A DNA stretch of 64,000 nucleotides from Longimicrobiales bacterium. GTDB taxonomy: Bacteria > Gemmatimonadota > Gemmatimonadetes > Longimicrobiales > Gaopeijiaceae. Shown piece by piece: positions 1 to 9,936 of the stretch; the first letter of the stretch is position 1; each line of letters starts with the position of its first letter. The notes under the pieces are model-generated. The model made no database searches. It saw only the letters and a list, made by a program, of their open reading frames with translations, and was not told the origin of the DNA. Made by a program: the position numbers and the translations under genes. The stretch covers positions 1,440,001-1,504,000 of the forward strand of contig OZ241892.1 in assembly GCA_965203485.1 (NCBI GenBank), given 5' to 3'.

Positions 1-1130
1 CGTGTCGTCCGGCGCGGTGATCGAGCCGCCGTTCAGCTCGAGCGCGTTCGCCGCGATCTCGATGCCGTCCGCGTCCCGGTCTCCCGCCTGCACCACGTAC
101 TCGAACCCCAGTCGCGACGGCAACTCCAACATGGTGAATCCGTACGTCGCGTATCGCGTCGAATCGCCCACGCCGAGCGCGATCCGTGGCCGGCCCCCCA
201 CCGTGTCCACGGCTACGTTCCGGTCGAAGTCCACGTACACGTAGAACACTTCGTCGCGGGTGTACGTGCTGTCGGCGGACGGCGGCGGACCAATCCACGT
301 TGCCTTCACCTTCGCCGCTCCCACTTGCCGCCCGTCCACCTTGTGCGCCGCGCTCGTCGGCACCGAGTCGTGCGTCAGAACAGCGGCCGTCGTGCCGCCG
401 GGCGCGGTGATCGTGCCGCCGTTCAGCTCGAGCGCGTTGGCCGCGACGCTGAGGCCGTCCGCGTCCCGGTCCGTCGCCTGCACGACGTACTCGAAGCCGT
501 GGTGCGTCCGCGTGCGCGGCGGGCCCAGGTACGTCGCGTAGCGCGTCGAGTCCCCCACTTGCAACGCGAGCCGCGGCCGCCCCCCGACCGTGTCCAGCGC
601 CGCATCGCGGTCGAATGCAACCGTCACCAAGACCAGGTCGCCGCGCAGATACGTGTCGCCGCTCGCAGGAGCGTCGACGTCGAACCCCATCCAGCGCACG
701 CGCGGCGCATCCAATCGGCCGCCGTCCACCTTGTACGCCGAGTCCGCGCGCACCGCCGCGTGCGACAGCTCCGCCGCGACCGTGTCGTCCGGCGCGGTGA
801 TCGAGCCGCCGTTCAGCTCGAGCGCGTTCGCCGCGATCTCGATGCCGTCCGCGTCCCGGTCTCCCGCCTGCACCACGTACTCGAACCCCAGTCGCGACGG
901 CAACTCCGTCAAGGTGAACCGGTACGTCGCGTGCCGCGTCGAATCGCCCACGCCGAGCGCGATCCGTGGCCGGCCCCCCGTCGTGTCCACAGCTACGTTC
1001 CGGTCGAAGTCCACGTACACGTAGAACACTTCGTCGCGGGTGTACGTGCTGTCGGCGGACGGCGGCGGACCAATCCACGTTGCCTTCACCCTCGCCGCTC
1101 CCACTTGCCGCCCGTCCACCTTGTGCGACG
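1..1130 (-). repeat. 780-bp-period near-identical direct repeat inside giant protein 1 (1-~345 vs 781-~1125)
   Basis: Sequence lines starting at 1 and 781 match apart from a small cluster of substitutions at 128-153 vs 908-933 and a few scattered changes. Confidence 0.9.
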
Positions 1131-4100
1131 GGCTCGCCGGCACAGAATCGTGTGTCATAACAGCTACGACGCTCGTGTCCGCAACCGAGCGGATCGTCGC
1201 ACCGCTCGGCAGCGACAACGTGTTCGCCGACACGCTGATGCCGTCCTCGTCCAGGTCTCCGGGCTGGACCTCATGCTCGAAGAGCAACCCTCGGCTTCTG
1301 TAGCCGACCGCCGCCAGCTGACGCGTCCCCGTTCCCAGGTTCAACGTCAGCTCCGGTGTGCCCGTCACTGCCACGCCCGCGGAGTACGACACGCCGATGT
1401 AAATCCGCTCGTGCCGCGTGAACGTGCTCCCGTTCGCGGGCGAGCCCTGAAAGTACACGACCGGCCGTGGCGCCGGAGTCAGTCTCCCGTTCACCCTCCG
1501 GTTGCTGTCGGCCCGCACCCCGTCGTGGTCCAGCCGCGCGTTCGTCACGCCGTCCGCCGCCGCCCGCAACGAGCCTCCGCTCAGCGTCAGCACCCCCTTC
1601 GGTATCCGCAGGCCGTCCGTGTCCACCGCGTCGCGAGTCACGGTGTAGTAGAACGCCACCGCGCTGTCCGCCATCCGCAAGCGCGAGTGCGACCCCAGCC
1701 GCAACGTGTCCGTGCCCACTTCGATCGACAGAAGCGCCTGCTGCTCCAACACCATCTCTTGATCGAAGCGCGCCAGAACCCATATCCGTTCGTCGTACCC
1801 GTACACACCCTGCGGCGGGGGCGGCGGGGCCCTAGGCGGCCGATAGAACTCCAGGGCCGTGATCCGCGGCCGGCCATCCACCTTCCTCGTCGGATCGGCC
1901 GCCAACGCGTCGTGCGTCAGGTTCGCCGCCACGGCGCTGTCCGCCTCGGCCTTGATCGCGCCGCCGTTCAGACCGAGTGCGTTCGCATCGACGCCTGCCC
2001 CATCCGCGTCCATGTCCGCCGACTGCACGCGATATGCGAACATCAGCGTCGTGGCGGTGCTCGCAGAAGGCGCGAATGCCGCGTGCCGTCGCTGCGCTCC
2101 CACCGCAAGCGCGAGCCGAGGACTCCCGCGTGCCGTGTCCACCACCACGCTCCGGTCGAAGACGACCTCTACACGCAACTCGGTGTCGTAGTAATACGTG
2201 CCGCCGTAGGGCGCCGAACCCACAAACGCGACGCTTCGGACCGCAGGTGCCCTCACCTTGCTTCCGTCCACCGTCCGCGCAACGCTCGCCTTCACCAACG
2301 GATGCGTCACGTCGGCGTCGCGCCCGGACGCGGCCCCGGTTCCCCTTATCGTCGCACCGTTCAGCGCCAGCGCGTTGGCCGCGATGCTCACGCCGTCCGC
2401 GTCCCGGTCCGTCGCCTGCACCACGTACGCGAACTCCAACGCCTTGCCGTTGCTTGCCGAGAACATCGCTTGTCGGGTCACCGTGCCGATCGTCAGCGCC
2501 ACTTGCGGGCTTCCGCCCGTCGCGATCACCGCAACGGAGTCGTCGAACCCCACCCGCACCGCGATTGTGTCGCCCCGCCAGTAAACGCTGTCCTTCGGTG
2601 CGGTGCCGAACGCGATTCCTTCGACCTTCGGCGGGCGGCCCCGGCGGCCGTTCACCTTGCGGGTCGAGTCGGCCGCAATGGCCCCGTGGGCAAGCGCCGC
2701 GTGGGTGGCGGTGTCGGCGTCGTGCGTGATCGCCCCCCCGTTCAAGCTCAGGGCGTTGGCCGCGATGCTCGCGCCTGCTGGAGCGACGTCGCCGGCCTGC
2801 ACGGTGTAGGAGAACGTCAGCCGCGTTCGCCTGCCCGCCCTGGTCAGCGTCGCCTGCCGCGTGTGCGCGCCGATGGTCAACGCCAGCGTTGGCGTCCCGC
2901 CCGTCGTGGTCACCAGCACGCGGTGACTGACAGCAACAGTGGCTTCGATCTTCTCGCCATAGCCGTACGTGTCGCCGCTGGCCGGCGAGTTGCTGAACGT
3001 CACGCCGCGCACTTCCGGCGGCCGGTACTTGCCGCCGTCCACCTTGCGCGACGCGCCGCCCGTCGCCGAGTCGTGGGCAACGTTCGCGTGCGCCGAAGTG
3101 TCGTTCTGCGCCGTGATCCTCGCGCCGTTCAGCGCCAACCCGTTCGCCGGAACGCTCACGCCGTCGCTGTCGAAGTCGCCGGCCTGCACGCGGTAGCTGA
3201 AGCCCAGGTAGTTCTGCCGCGAAGAATTGTACGCGGCCCGCCGAGTCGTCGTGCCGATCGTCAGGTCCAGGTACGGCTTGCCACCCACCGTGTTTACCGT
3301 CACATGCTGCGTGAAGAACACGCGCACTCGCACTACTTCGTCCCGATAATACGTGCTGTCGCTCGTTGCCAAACCGCGGAAGTTGAACCGTTGCACCGAC
3401 AGAGCCGACGACTGGGCACCAACCGCGGGTCCTGTCGGCAAGCCGCTGTCTGCGTCGGTTTCCGAAAGCGTTTCTTGCTTCGGTTCGCCGTCCTCGTCGT
3501 CGACTGTGGACGGCGCCTCGCTCCCTGCGTCGTCCGTTGCAAGCGGGTCCCCGTCCGCTTCCGGTCCGTCGGGGCGATCAAGAAAGCAGTTGTCGGCCAA
3601 CTCGACCTGGGCCGTGAAGCTCAAGGTCGCCGAATCCCCGTCTTCGTCGGTCGCTGTGTAGCGGTAAGTGGAGACCGGTTGCTCCTGCCTGGGCGTGCCC
3701 GCAATCGTGCGACGCTCGGCGTCGAATTTCATTCCCGAAGGCAAGGCGGGGGCCAGCCCGTACGTCAGAGGCGGGTTGCCGCCCTCGGCCGGAGGCAACT
3801 GCAACGTTCGTATCTCGCAGGCTCGGAACCAGCGTTGCGCCGACACCAACGCGTCGCCGAACGAGGGAACCAAGTCGTCGCCGTCGTCGTCTCGGATACT
3901 GCCGGTGATCAATGCCTCGGAGACCGCGAGCACCGTCGAATCGGGGGACGACAGCCTGAGGACCACCGTCTCGTCGAGTTCCTGGAGCGTGTCCCCTAGG
4001 ATCATCACGTCGACCGACTTTCGGAGCTCCCCCGGCTCGAAGAAGAGCGTGTCCGGCGAGACTTCCTCGTAGTCGGCGCCAGACGTCGCGGTTCCCGTGC

Positions 4101-7100
4101 CCGCGTCGGCGTAGTGCAGCGCCAAGCCGCGGCCGCTGGGGCGGTCCAACGCTAGCGTGAACGTCAGACGCCGACCGCCGCTGTTGCCCTCCTCGACCGA
4201 AGGCGACTCGGCCGAAAGCGTCGGCGCGTCGTCGTCGTCCTCGATCGTGCCAACACCGGCCGCATAGCCGTTCGGAAGGTCGGCGTTGACCGGGTTGGCC
4301 AGCGCAAGCACGATTGTCTCGGCTGGCTCGTCCAGCGCGTCGCCCCGGACCGTCACCTCCAGCGCCTGGGTCGTGTCCCCCGGCGCGAACACCACACTGC
4401 CGGGCGTCACCGCGTCGTAGTCGGTACCGGGCGTGGCCGTGCCGGTTCCTGCGTCCCTGTACCGGACCGTCACCTGTCTGGCCGCCGGCGCGCTGAGCGA
4501 CATCGCGAAGGAGAGGGCAACCGTCTCTCCAGGCCCGGGCTCGTGGACGGCGAGGGAGTCGATCGAGACGCGCGGCCGGGAGCCGTCGTCGTCTCTGATC
4601 GTGCCCTTGACCGTCCGAGTCGCGAGCTCCGCGCCGGTCGCGCCGCTCAACGCCAGCACGACCGTCTCGTCGTCCTCGACCGCGTCGTCGCCCCGCACGG
4701 TCACCCGCACCGTCTTCAGCGTCTCGCCCGGTTCGAACGTCAGCGTCCCGCCCTCGACCGCCGCGTAGTCCACCCCCGAAGTCGCTGTCCCGCTCCCCGC
4801 GTCCGCGTACTCCACCGTCACGCGTGACGACGACGGCGGCCCAAGCCACACATCGAACTCCAACTCCGTCTCCGTCCCTGCGCCGCCCTCGGCCACGCTC
4901 GCCCCGCCCGCCGACAGCGTCGGACCCTGCGGCCGAGCCCGGCTACCGTCCACCTTGCGCGACAGCCCGCCCTCCGCCGCGCCGTGCGCAGGGTCCGCGA
5001 CGACCGCCGGATTGTCCTTCGCCGTCACCAACGCGCCGTTCAGCGCCAAGCCGTTCGCCGGAACGCTCACGCCGTCGCCGTCGAAGTCGCCCGCCTGCAC
5101 ACGGTAGCTGAAGCCCAGGTAGTTTTGCCGCGACGAGTTGTACCGAGCGCGCCGCGTCGCCGTGCCAACCCTCAGGTCCAGGTACGGCTCGCCGCCCGAC
5201 GCGTCTACCGCGACGTGCTGCGTGAAGAACACCCGCACGCGCACCACTTCGTTCAGGTAGTACGTGCTGTCGCCGGCCCCCAGGCCCCGGAAGTTGAACC
5301 GCTTAACCGTCAGCGCCGGCGGCGCCTCGTCGTCGTCTCTGATCGTGCCCTTGACCGTCCGAGTCGCGAGCTCCGCGCCGGTCGCGCCGCTCAACGCCAG
5401 CACGACCGTCTCGTCGTCCTCGACCGCGTCGTCGCCCCGCACGGTCACCCGCACCGTCTTCAGCGTCTCGCCCGGTTCGAACGTCAGCGTCCCGCCCTCG
5501 ACCGCCGCGTAGTCCACCCCCGAAGTCGCTGTCCCGCTCCCCGCGTCCGCGTACTCCACCGTCACGCGTGACGACGACGGCGGCCCAAGCCACACATCGA
5601 ACTCCAACTCCGTCTCCGTCCCTGCGCCGCCCTCGGCCACGCTCGCCCCGCCCGCCGACAGCGTCGGACCCTGCGGCCGAGCCCGGCTACCGTCCACCTT
5701 GCGCGACAGCCCGCCCTCCGCCGCGCCGTGCGCAGGGTCCGCGACGACCGCCGGATTGTCCTTCGCCGTCACCAACGCGCCGTTCAGCGCCAAGCCGTTC
5801 GCCGGAACGCTCACGCCGTCGCCGTCGAAGTCGCCCGCCTGCACACGGTAGCTGAAGCCCAGGTAGTTCTGCCGCGACGAGTTGTACCGAGCGCGCCGCG
5901 TCGCCGTGCCAACCCTCAGGTCCAGGTACGGCTCGCCGCCCGACGCGTCCACCGCGACGTGCTGCGTGAAGAACACCCGCACGCGCACCACTTCGTTCAA
6001 GTAGTACGTGCTGTCGCCGGCCCCCAGGCCCCGGAAGTTGAACCGCTGAACCGTCAGCGCCGGCGGCGCGGCCTCGTCGTCGTCTCTGATCGTGCCCGCG
6101 ACCGTCCGAGTCGCGAGCTCCGCGCCGGTCGCGCCGCTCAACGCCAGCACGACCGTCTCGTCGTCCTCGACCGCGTCGTCGCCCCGAACCTTCACCCACA
6201 CCGTCCGCAACGTGTCGCCCGGCTCGAACGTCAGCGTCCCGCCATCGACCGCCGCGTAGTCCACCCCCGAAGTCGCCGTCCCGCTCCCCGCGTCCGCGTA
6301 CTCCACCGTCACCCGCGCCGCAGCCGCCGGCGACAGCCGCACCGCGAACCCCAGGTCCGTCTCCGTCCCCGCGCCGCCCTCCGCCACGCTCGCCCCGACC
6401 GCCGACAGCGTCGGACCCTGCGGCCGCGCCCGGCTGCCGTCCACCCTGTGCGCCGCGCCGCCCTCGACCCCGGCGTGCGCCGTCTCCGCCCGGACCGAAG
6501 CGTCGTTCTGCGCCGTGACCAACGCGCCGTTCAGCGCCAAGCCGTTCGCCTGCACGCTCACGCCGTCGCCGTCGAAGTCGCCTTCCTGCACCGTGTACCG
6601 CAACTCGAGCCGATTCTGGTTCCAGCTCCTCGAACCCATCACCGCCCGCCGCGTCTCCGTCCCCACCGTCAGGTCCACCGACGGCAACCCCCCCGAGGCG
6701 TCCACAGCGATGCGTTGCGTGAAGAACACGCGCACACGCACGATCTCGCCCCGGTAGTACGTGCTGTCGCCCCCCGGCGCGGCCCGGAAATCGATCCGCT
6801 GAACCGTCAGCGGCGGCGGCGCGGCCTCGTCGTCGTTCACGATCGTGCCCTTGACCGTCCGAGTCGCGAGCTCCGCGCCGGTCGCGCCGCTCAACGCCAG
6901 CACGACCGTCTCGTCGTCCTCGACCGCGTCGTCGCCCCGAACCTTCACCCACACCGTCCGCAACGTGTCGCCCGGCTCGAACGTCAGCGTCCCGCCATCG
7001 ACCGCCGCGTAGTCCACCCCCGAAGTCGCCGTCCCGCTCCCCGCGTCCGCGTACTCCACCGTCACGCGTGACGACGACGGCGGCCCAAGCCACACATCGA

Positions 7101-9936
7101 ACTCCAACTCCGTCTCCGTCCCTGCGCCGCCCTCGGCCACGCTCGCCCCGCCCGCCGACAGCGTCGGGCCCTGCGGCCGCGCCCGGCTGCCGTCCACCTT
7201 GCGCGACAGCCCGCCCTCCGCCGCGCCGTGCGCAGGGTCCGCGACGACCGCCGGATTGTCCTTCGCCGTCACCAACGCGCCGTTCAGCGCCAAGCCGTTC
7301 GCCGGAACGCTCACGCCGTCGCCGTCGAAGTCGCCCGCCTGCACACGGTAGCTGAAGCCCAGGTAGTTCTGCCGCGACGAGTTGTACCGAGCGCGCCGCG
7401 TCGCCGTGCCCACCGTCAGGTCCAGGTACGGCTCGCCGCCCGACATGTCCACCGCGACGTGCTGCGTGAAGAACACCCGCACGCGCACCACTTCGTTCAA
7501 GTAGTACGTGCTGTCGCCGGCCCCCAGGCCCCGGAAGTTGAACCGCTGAACCGTCAGCGCCGGCGGCGCGGCCTCGTCGTCGTTCACGATCGTGCCCGCG
7601 ACCGTCCGAGTCGCGAGCTCCGCGCCGGTCGCGCCGCTCAACGCCAGCACGACCGTCTCGTCGTCCTCGACCGCGTCGTCGCCCCGAACCTTCACCCACA
7701 CCGTCCGCAACGTGTCGCCCGGCTCGAACGTCAGCGTCCCGCCCTCGACCGCCGCGTAGTCCACCCCCGAAGTCGCCGTCCCGCTCCCCGCGTCCGCGTA
7801 CTCCACCGTCACGCGTGACGACGACGGCGACAGCCGCACCGCGAACCCCAGGTCCGTCTCCGTCCCCGCGCCGCCCTCGGCCACGCTCGCCCCGACCGCC
7901 GACAGCGTCGGGCCCTGCGGCCGCGCCCGGCTGCCGTCCACCTTGCGCGACAGCCCGCCCTCCGCCGCGCCGTGCGCAGGGTCCGCGACGACCGCCGGAT
8001 TGTCCTTCGCCGTCACCAACGCGCCGTTCAGCGCCAAGCCGTTCGCCGGAACGCTCACGCCGTCGCCGTCGAAGTCGCCCGCCTGCACACGGTAGCTGAA
8101 GCCCAGGTAGTTCTGCCGCGACGAGTTGTACCGAGCCCGCCGCGTCGCCGTGCCCACCCTCAGCTCCAGGTACGGCTCGCCGCCCGACGCGTCCACCGCG
8201 ACGTGCTGCGTGAAGAACACCCGCACGCGCACCACTTCGTTCAAGTAGTACGTGCTGTCGCCGGCCCCCAGGCCCCGGAAGTTGAACCGCTGAACCGTCA
8301 GCGCCGGCGGCGCGGCCTCGTCGTCGTTCACGATCGTGCCCGCGACCGTCCGAGTCGCGAGCTCCGCGCCGGTCGCGCCGCTCAACGCCAGCACGACCGT
8401 CTCGTCGTCCTCGACCGCATCGTCGCCCCGAACCTTCACCCACACCGTCCGCAACGTGTCGCCCGGCTCGAACGTCAGCGTCCCGCCATCGACCGCCGCG
8501 TAGTCCACCCCCGAAGTCGCCGTCCCGCTCCCCGCGTCCGCGTACTCCACCGTCACCCGCGCCGCAGCCGCCGGCGACAGCCGCACCGCGAACCCCAGGT
8601 CCGTCTCCGTCCCCGCGCCGCCCTCCGCCACGCTCGCCCCGACCGCCGACAGCGTCGGACCCTGCGGCCGCGCCCGGCTGCCGTCCACCCTGTGCGCCGC
8701 GCCGCCCTCGACCCCGGCGTGCGCCGTCTCCGCCCGGACCGAAGCGTCGTTCTGCGCCGTGACCAACGCGCCGTTCAGCGCCAAGCCGTTCGCCTGCACG
8801 CTCACGCCGTCGCCGTCGAAGTCGCCTTCCTGCACCGTGTACCGCAACTCGAGCCGATTCTGGTTCCAGCTCCTCGAACCCATCACCGCCCGCCGCGTCT
8901 CCGTCCCCACCGTCAGGTCCACCGACGGCAACCCCCCCGAGGCGTCCACAGCGATGCGTTGCGTGAAGAACACGCGCACACGCACGATCTCGCCCCGGTA
9001 GTACGTGCTGTCGCCCCCCGGCGCGGCCCGGAAATCGATCCGCTGAACCGTCAGCGGCGGCGGCGCGGCCTCGTCGTCGTTCACGATCGTGCCCTTGACC
9101 GTCCGAGTCGCGAGCTCCGCGCCGGTCGCGCCGCTCAACGCCAGCACGACCGTCTCGTCGTCCTCGACCGCGTCGTCGCCCCGAACCTTCACCCACACCG
9201 TCCGCAACGTGTCGCCCGGCTCGAACGTCAGCGTCCCGCCATCGACCGCCGCGTAGTCCACCCCCGAAGTCGCCGTCCCGCTCCCCGCGTCCGCGTACTC
9301 CACCGTCACCCGCGCCGCAGCCGCCGGCGACAGCCGCACCGCGAACCCCAGGTCCGTCTCCGCCCCCGCGCCGCCCTCCGCCACGCTCGCCCCGACCGCC
9401 GACAGCGTCGGACCCTGCGGCCGAGCCCGGCTACCGTCCACCTTGCGCGACAGCCCGCCCTCCGCCGCGCCGTGCGCAGGGTCCGCGACGACCGCCGGAT
9501 TGTCCTTCGCCGTCACCAACGCGCCGTTCAGCGCCAAGCCGTTCGCCGGAACGCTCACGCCGTCGCCGTCGAAGTCGCCCGCCTGCACACGGTAGCTGAA
9601 GCCCAGGTAGTTCTGCCGCGACGAGTTGTACCGAGCCCGCCGCGTCGCCGTGCCAACCGTCAGGTCCAGGTACGGCTCGCCGCCCGACATGTCCACCGCG
9701 ACGTGCTGCGTGAAGAACACCCGCACGCGCACCACTTCGTTCAAGTAGTACGTGCTGTCGCCGGCCCCCAGGCCCCGGAAGTTGAACCGCTGAACCGTCA
9801 GCGCCTGGGCTTCAGCTTCGCTGGAAGGAATTCCTCCGATCAACGCCAGCAGAAACGGAACGGCGAAAGCTGTCCAGGCTCTGCCGCTAGAGCTGGACGC
9901 CGAGCGGCATACGCCCAAGACCGCCTTCAGCACCAC
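1..9936 (-). CDS. Giant secreted repeat/adhesin-like protein 1 (partial; 3' end runs off the left edge; >3,300 aa) with Calx-beta, putative Ig and DxDxDG beta-repeat domains
   Basis: Translated by hand; absent from the ORF track because there is no stop in the window. One frame runs from a probable GTG at 9936 (or 9933) to base 1. N-terminus reads VVLKAVLGVCRSASSSSGRAWTAFAVPFLLALIGGIPSSEAEA|QALTVQRFNF (signal-peptide-like). Calx-beta motifs: VTVEYADAGSGTATSGVDY...GTLTFEPGDT...DDAVEDDETVVLAL...GTIVNDD. Repeat motifs: YRVQAGDFDGDGVSVPANGLALNG. Exact start is uncertain. Confidence 0.88.
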   Translation of the reverse strand, partial: MVLKAVLGVCRSASSSSGRAWTAFAVPFLLALIGGIPSSEAEAQALTVQRFNFRGLGAGDSTYYLNEVVRVRVFFTQHVAVDMSGGEPYLDLTVGTATRRARYNSSRQNYLGFSYRVQAGDFDGDGVSVPANGLALNGALVTAKDNPAVVADPAHGAAEGGLSRKVDGSRARPQGPTLSAVGASVAEGGAGAETDLGFAVRLSPAAAARVTVEYADAGSGTATSGVDYAAVDGGTLTFEPGDTLRTVWVKVRGDDAVEDDETVVLALSGATGAELATRTVKGTIVNDDEAAPPPLTVQRIDFRAAPGGDSTYYRGEIVRVRVFFTQRIAVDASGGLPSVDLTVGTETRRAVMGSRSWNQNRLELRYTVQEGDFDGDGVSVQANGLALNGALVTAQNDASVRAETAHAGVEGGAAHRVDGSRARPQGPTLSAVGASVAEGGAGTETDLGFAVRLSPAAAARVTVEYADAGSGTATSGVDYAAVDGGTLTFEPGDTLRTVWVKVRGDDAVEDDETVVLALSGATGAELATRTVAGTIVNDDEAAPPALTVQRFNFRGLGAGDSTYYLNEVVRVRVFFTQHVAVDASGGEPYLELRVGTATRRARYNSSRQNYLGFSYRVQAGDFDGDGVSVPANGLALNGALVTAKDNPAVVADPAHGAAEGGLSRKVDGSRARPQGPTLSAVGASVAEGGAGTETDLGFAVRLSPSSSRVTVEYADAGSGTATSGVDYAAVEGGTLTFEPGDTLRTVWVKVRGDDAVEDDETVVLALSGATGAELATRTVAGTIVNDDEAAPPALTVQRFNFRGLGAGDSTYYLNEVVRVRVFFTQHVAVDMSGGEPYLDLTVGTATRRARYNSSRQNYLGFSYRVQAGDFDGDGVSVPANGLALNGALVTAKDNPAVVADPAHGAAEGGLSRKVDGSRARPQGPTLSAGGASVAEGGAGTETELEFDVWLGPPSSSRVTVEYADAGSGTATSGVDYAAVDGGTLTFEPGDTLRTVWVKVRGDDAVEDDETVVLALSGATGAELATRTVKGTIVNDDEAAPPPLTVQRIDFRAAPGGDSTYYRGEIVRVRVFFTQRIAVDASGGLPSVDLTVGTETRRAVMGSRSWNQNRLELRYTVQEGDFDGDGVSVQANGLALNGALVTAQNDASVRAETAHAGVEGGAAHRVDGSRARPQGPTLSAVGASVAEGGAGTETDLGFAVRLSPAAAARVTVEYADAGSGTATSGVDYAAVDGGTLTFEPGDTLRTVWVKVRGDDAVEDDETVVLALSGATGAELATRTVAGTIRDDDEAAPPALTVQRFNFRGLGAGDSTYYLNEVVRVRVFFTQHVAVDASGGEPYLDLRVGTATRRARYNSSRQNYLGFSYRVQAGDFDGDGVSVPANGLALNGALVTAKDNPAVVADPAHGAAEGGLSRKVDGSRARPQGPTLSAGGASVAEGGAGTETELEFDVWLGPPSSSRVTVEYADAGSGTATSGVDYAAVEGGTLTFEPGETLKTVRVTVRGDDAVEDDETVVLALSGATGAELATRTVKGTIRDDDEAPPALTVKRFNFRGLGAGDSTYYLNEVVRVRVFFTQHVAVDASGGEPYLDLRVGTATRRARYNSSRQNYLGFSYRVQAGDFDGDGVSVPANGLALNGALVTAKDNPAVVADPAHGAAEGGLSRKVDGSRARPQGPTLSAGGASVAEGGAGTETELEFDVWLGPPSSSRVTVEYADAGSGTATSGVDYAAVEGGTLTFEPGETLKTVRVTVRGDDAVEDDETVVLALSGATGAELATRTVKGTIRDDDGSRPRVSIDSLAVHEPGPGETVALSFAMSLSAPAARQVTVRYRDAGTGTATPGTDYDAVTPGSVVFAPGDTTQALEVTVRGDALDEPAETIVLALANPVNADLPNGYAAGVGTIEDDDDAPTLSAESPSVEEGNSGGRRLTFTLALDRPSGRGLALHYADAGTGTATSGADYEEVSPDTLFFEPGELRKSVDVMILGDTLQELDETVVLRLSSPDSTVLAVSEALITGSIRDDDGDDLVPSFGDALVSAQRWFRACEIRTLQLPPAEGGNPPLTYGLAPALPSGMKFDAERRTIAGTPRQEQPVSTYRYTATDEDGDSATLSFTAQVELADNCFLDRPDGPEADGDPLATDDAGSEAPSTVDDEDGEPKQETLSETDADSGLPTGPAVGAQSSALSVQRFNFRGLATSDSTYYRDEVVRVRVFFTQHVTVNTVGGKPYLDLTIGTTTRRAAYNSSRQNYLGFSYRVQAGDFDSDGVSVPANGLALNGARITAQNDTSAHANVAHDSATGGASRKVDGGKYRPPEVRGVTFSNSPASGDTYGYGEKIEATVAVSHRVLVTTTGGTPTLALTIGAHTRQATLTRAGRRTRLTFSYTVQAGDVAPAGASIAANALSLNGGAITHDADTATHAALAHGAIAADSTRKVNGRRGRPPKVEGIAFGTAPKDSVYWRGDTIAVRVGFDDSVAVIATGGSPQVALTIGTVTRQAMFSASNGKALEFAYVVQATDRDADGVSIAANALALNGATIRGTGAASGRDADVTHPLVKASVARTVDGSKVRAPAVRSVAFVGSAPYGGTYYYDTELRVEVVFDRSVVVDTARGSPRLALAVGAQRRHAAFAPSASTATTLMFAYRVQSADMDADGAGVDANALGLNGGAIKAEADSAVAANLTHDALAADPTRKVDGRPRITALEFYRPPRAPPPPPQGVYGYDERIWVLARFDQEMVLEQQALLSIEVGTDTLRLGSHSRLRMADSAVAFYYTVTRDAVDTDGLRIPKGVLTLSGGSLRAAADGVTNARLDHDGVRADSNRRVNGRLTPAPRPVVYFQGSPANGSTFTRHERIYIGVSYSAGVAVTGTPELTLNLGTGTRQLAAVGYRSRGLLFEHEVQPGDLDEDGISVSANTLSLPSGATIRSVADTSVVAVMTHDSVPASPSHKVDGRQVGAARVKATWIGPPPSADSTYTRDEVFYVYVDFDRNVAVDTTGGRPRIALGVGDSTRHATYRFTLTELPSRLGFEYVVQAGDRDADGIEIAANALELNGGSITAPDDTVAAELSHAAVRADSAYKVDGGRLDAPRVRWMGFDVDAPASGDTYLRGDLVLVTVAFDRDAALDTVGGRPRLALQVGDSTRYATYLGPPRTRTHHGFEYVVQATDRDADGLSVAANALELNGGTITAPGGTTAAVLTHDSVPTSAAHKVDGRQVGAAKVKATWIGPPPSADSTYTRDEVFYVYVDFDRNVAVDTVGGRPRIALGVGDSTRYATYGFTMLELPSRLGFEYVVQAGDRDADGIEIAANALELNGGSITAPDDT
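4575..9805 (-). repeat. Seven tandem ~744-756-bp modules, each one beta-repeat domain (type A or B) plus one Calx-beta domain; order from the N-terminus A-B-A-A-B-A-A
   Basis: Module starts (L-T-V-Q/K-R-F/I) at about 9800, 9053, 8300, 7557, 6810, 6057 and 5313. Type A has STYYLNEVVRVR; type B has STYYRGEIVRVR. Identical shadow ORFs recur at offsets of 744 (4824/5568) and 2244 (6515/8759). Confidence 0.9.

Noticed and set aside
1..1130. Near-identical repeat pair as a possible diversity-generating retroelement TR/VR
   Set aside because: The differences are not confined to adenines in either copy, both copies are in-frame coding domains, and no reverse transcriptase is present in the window.
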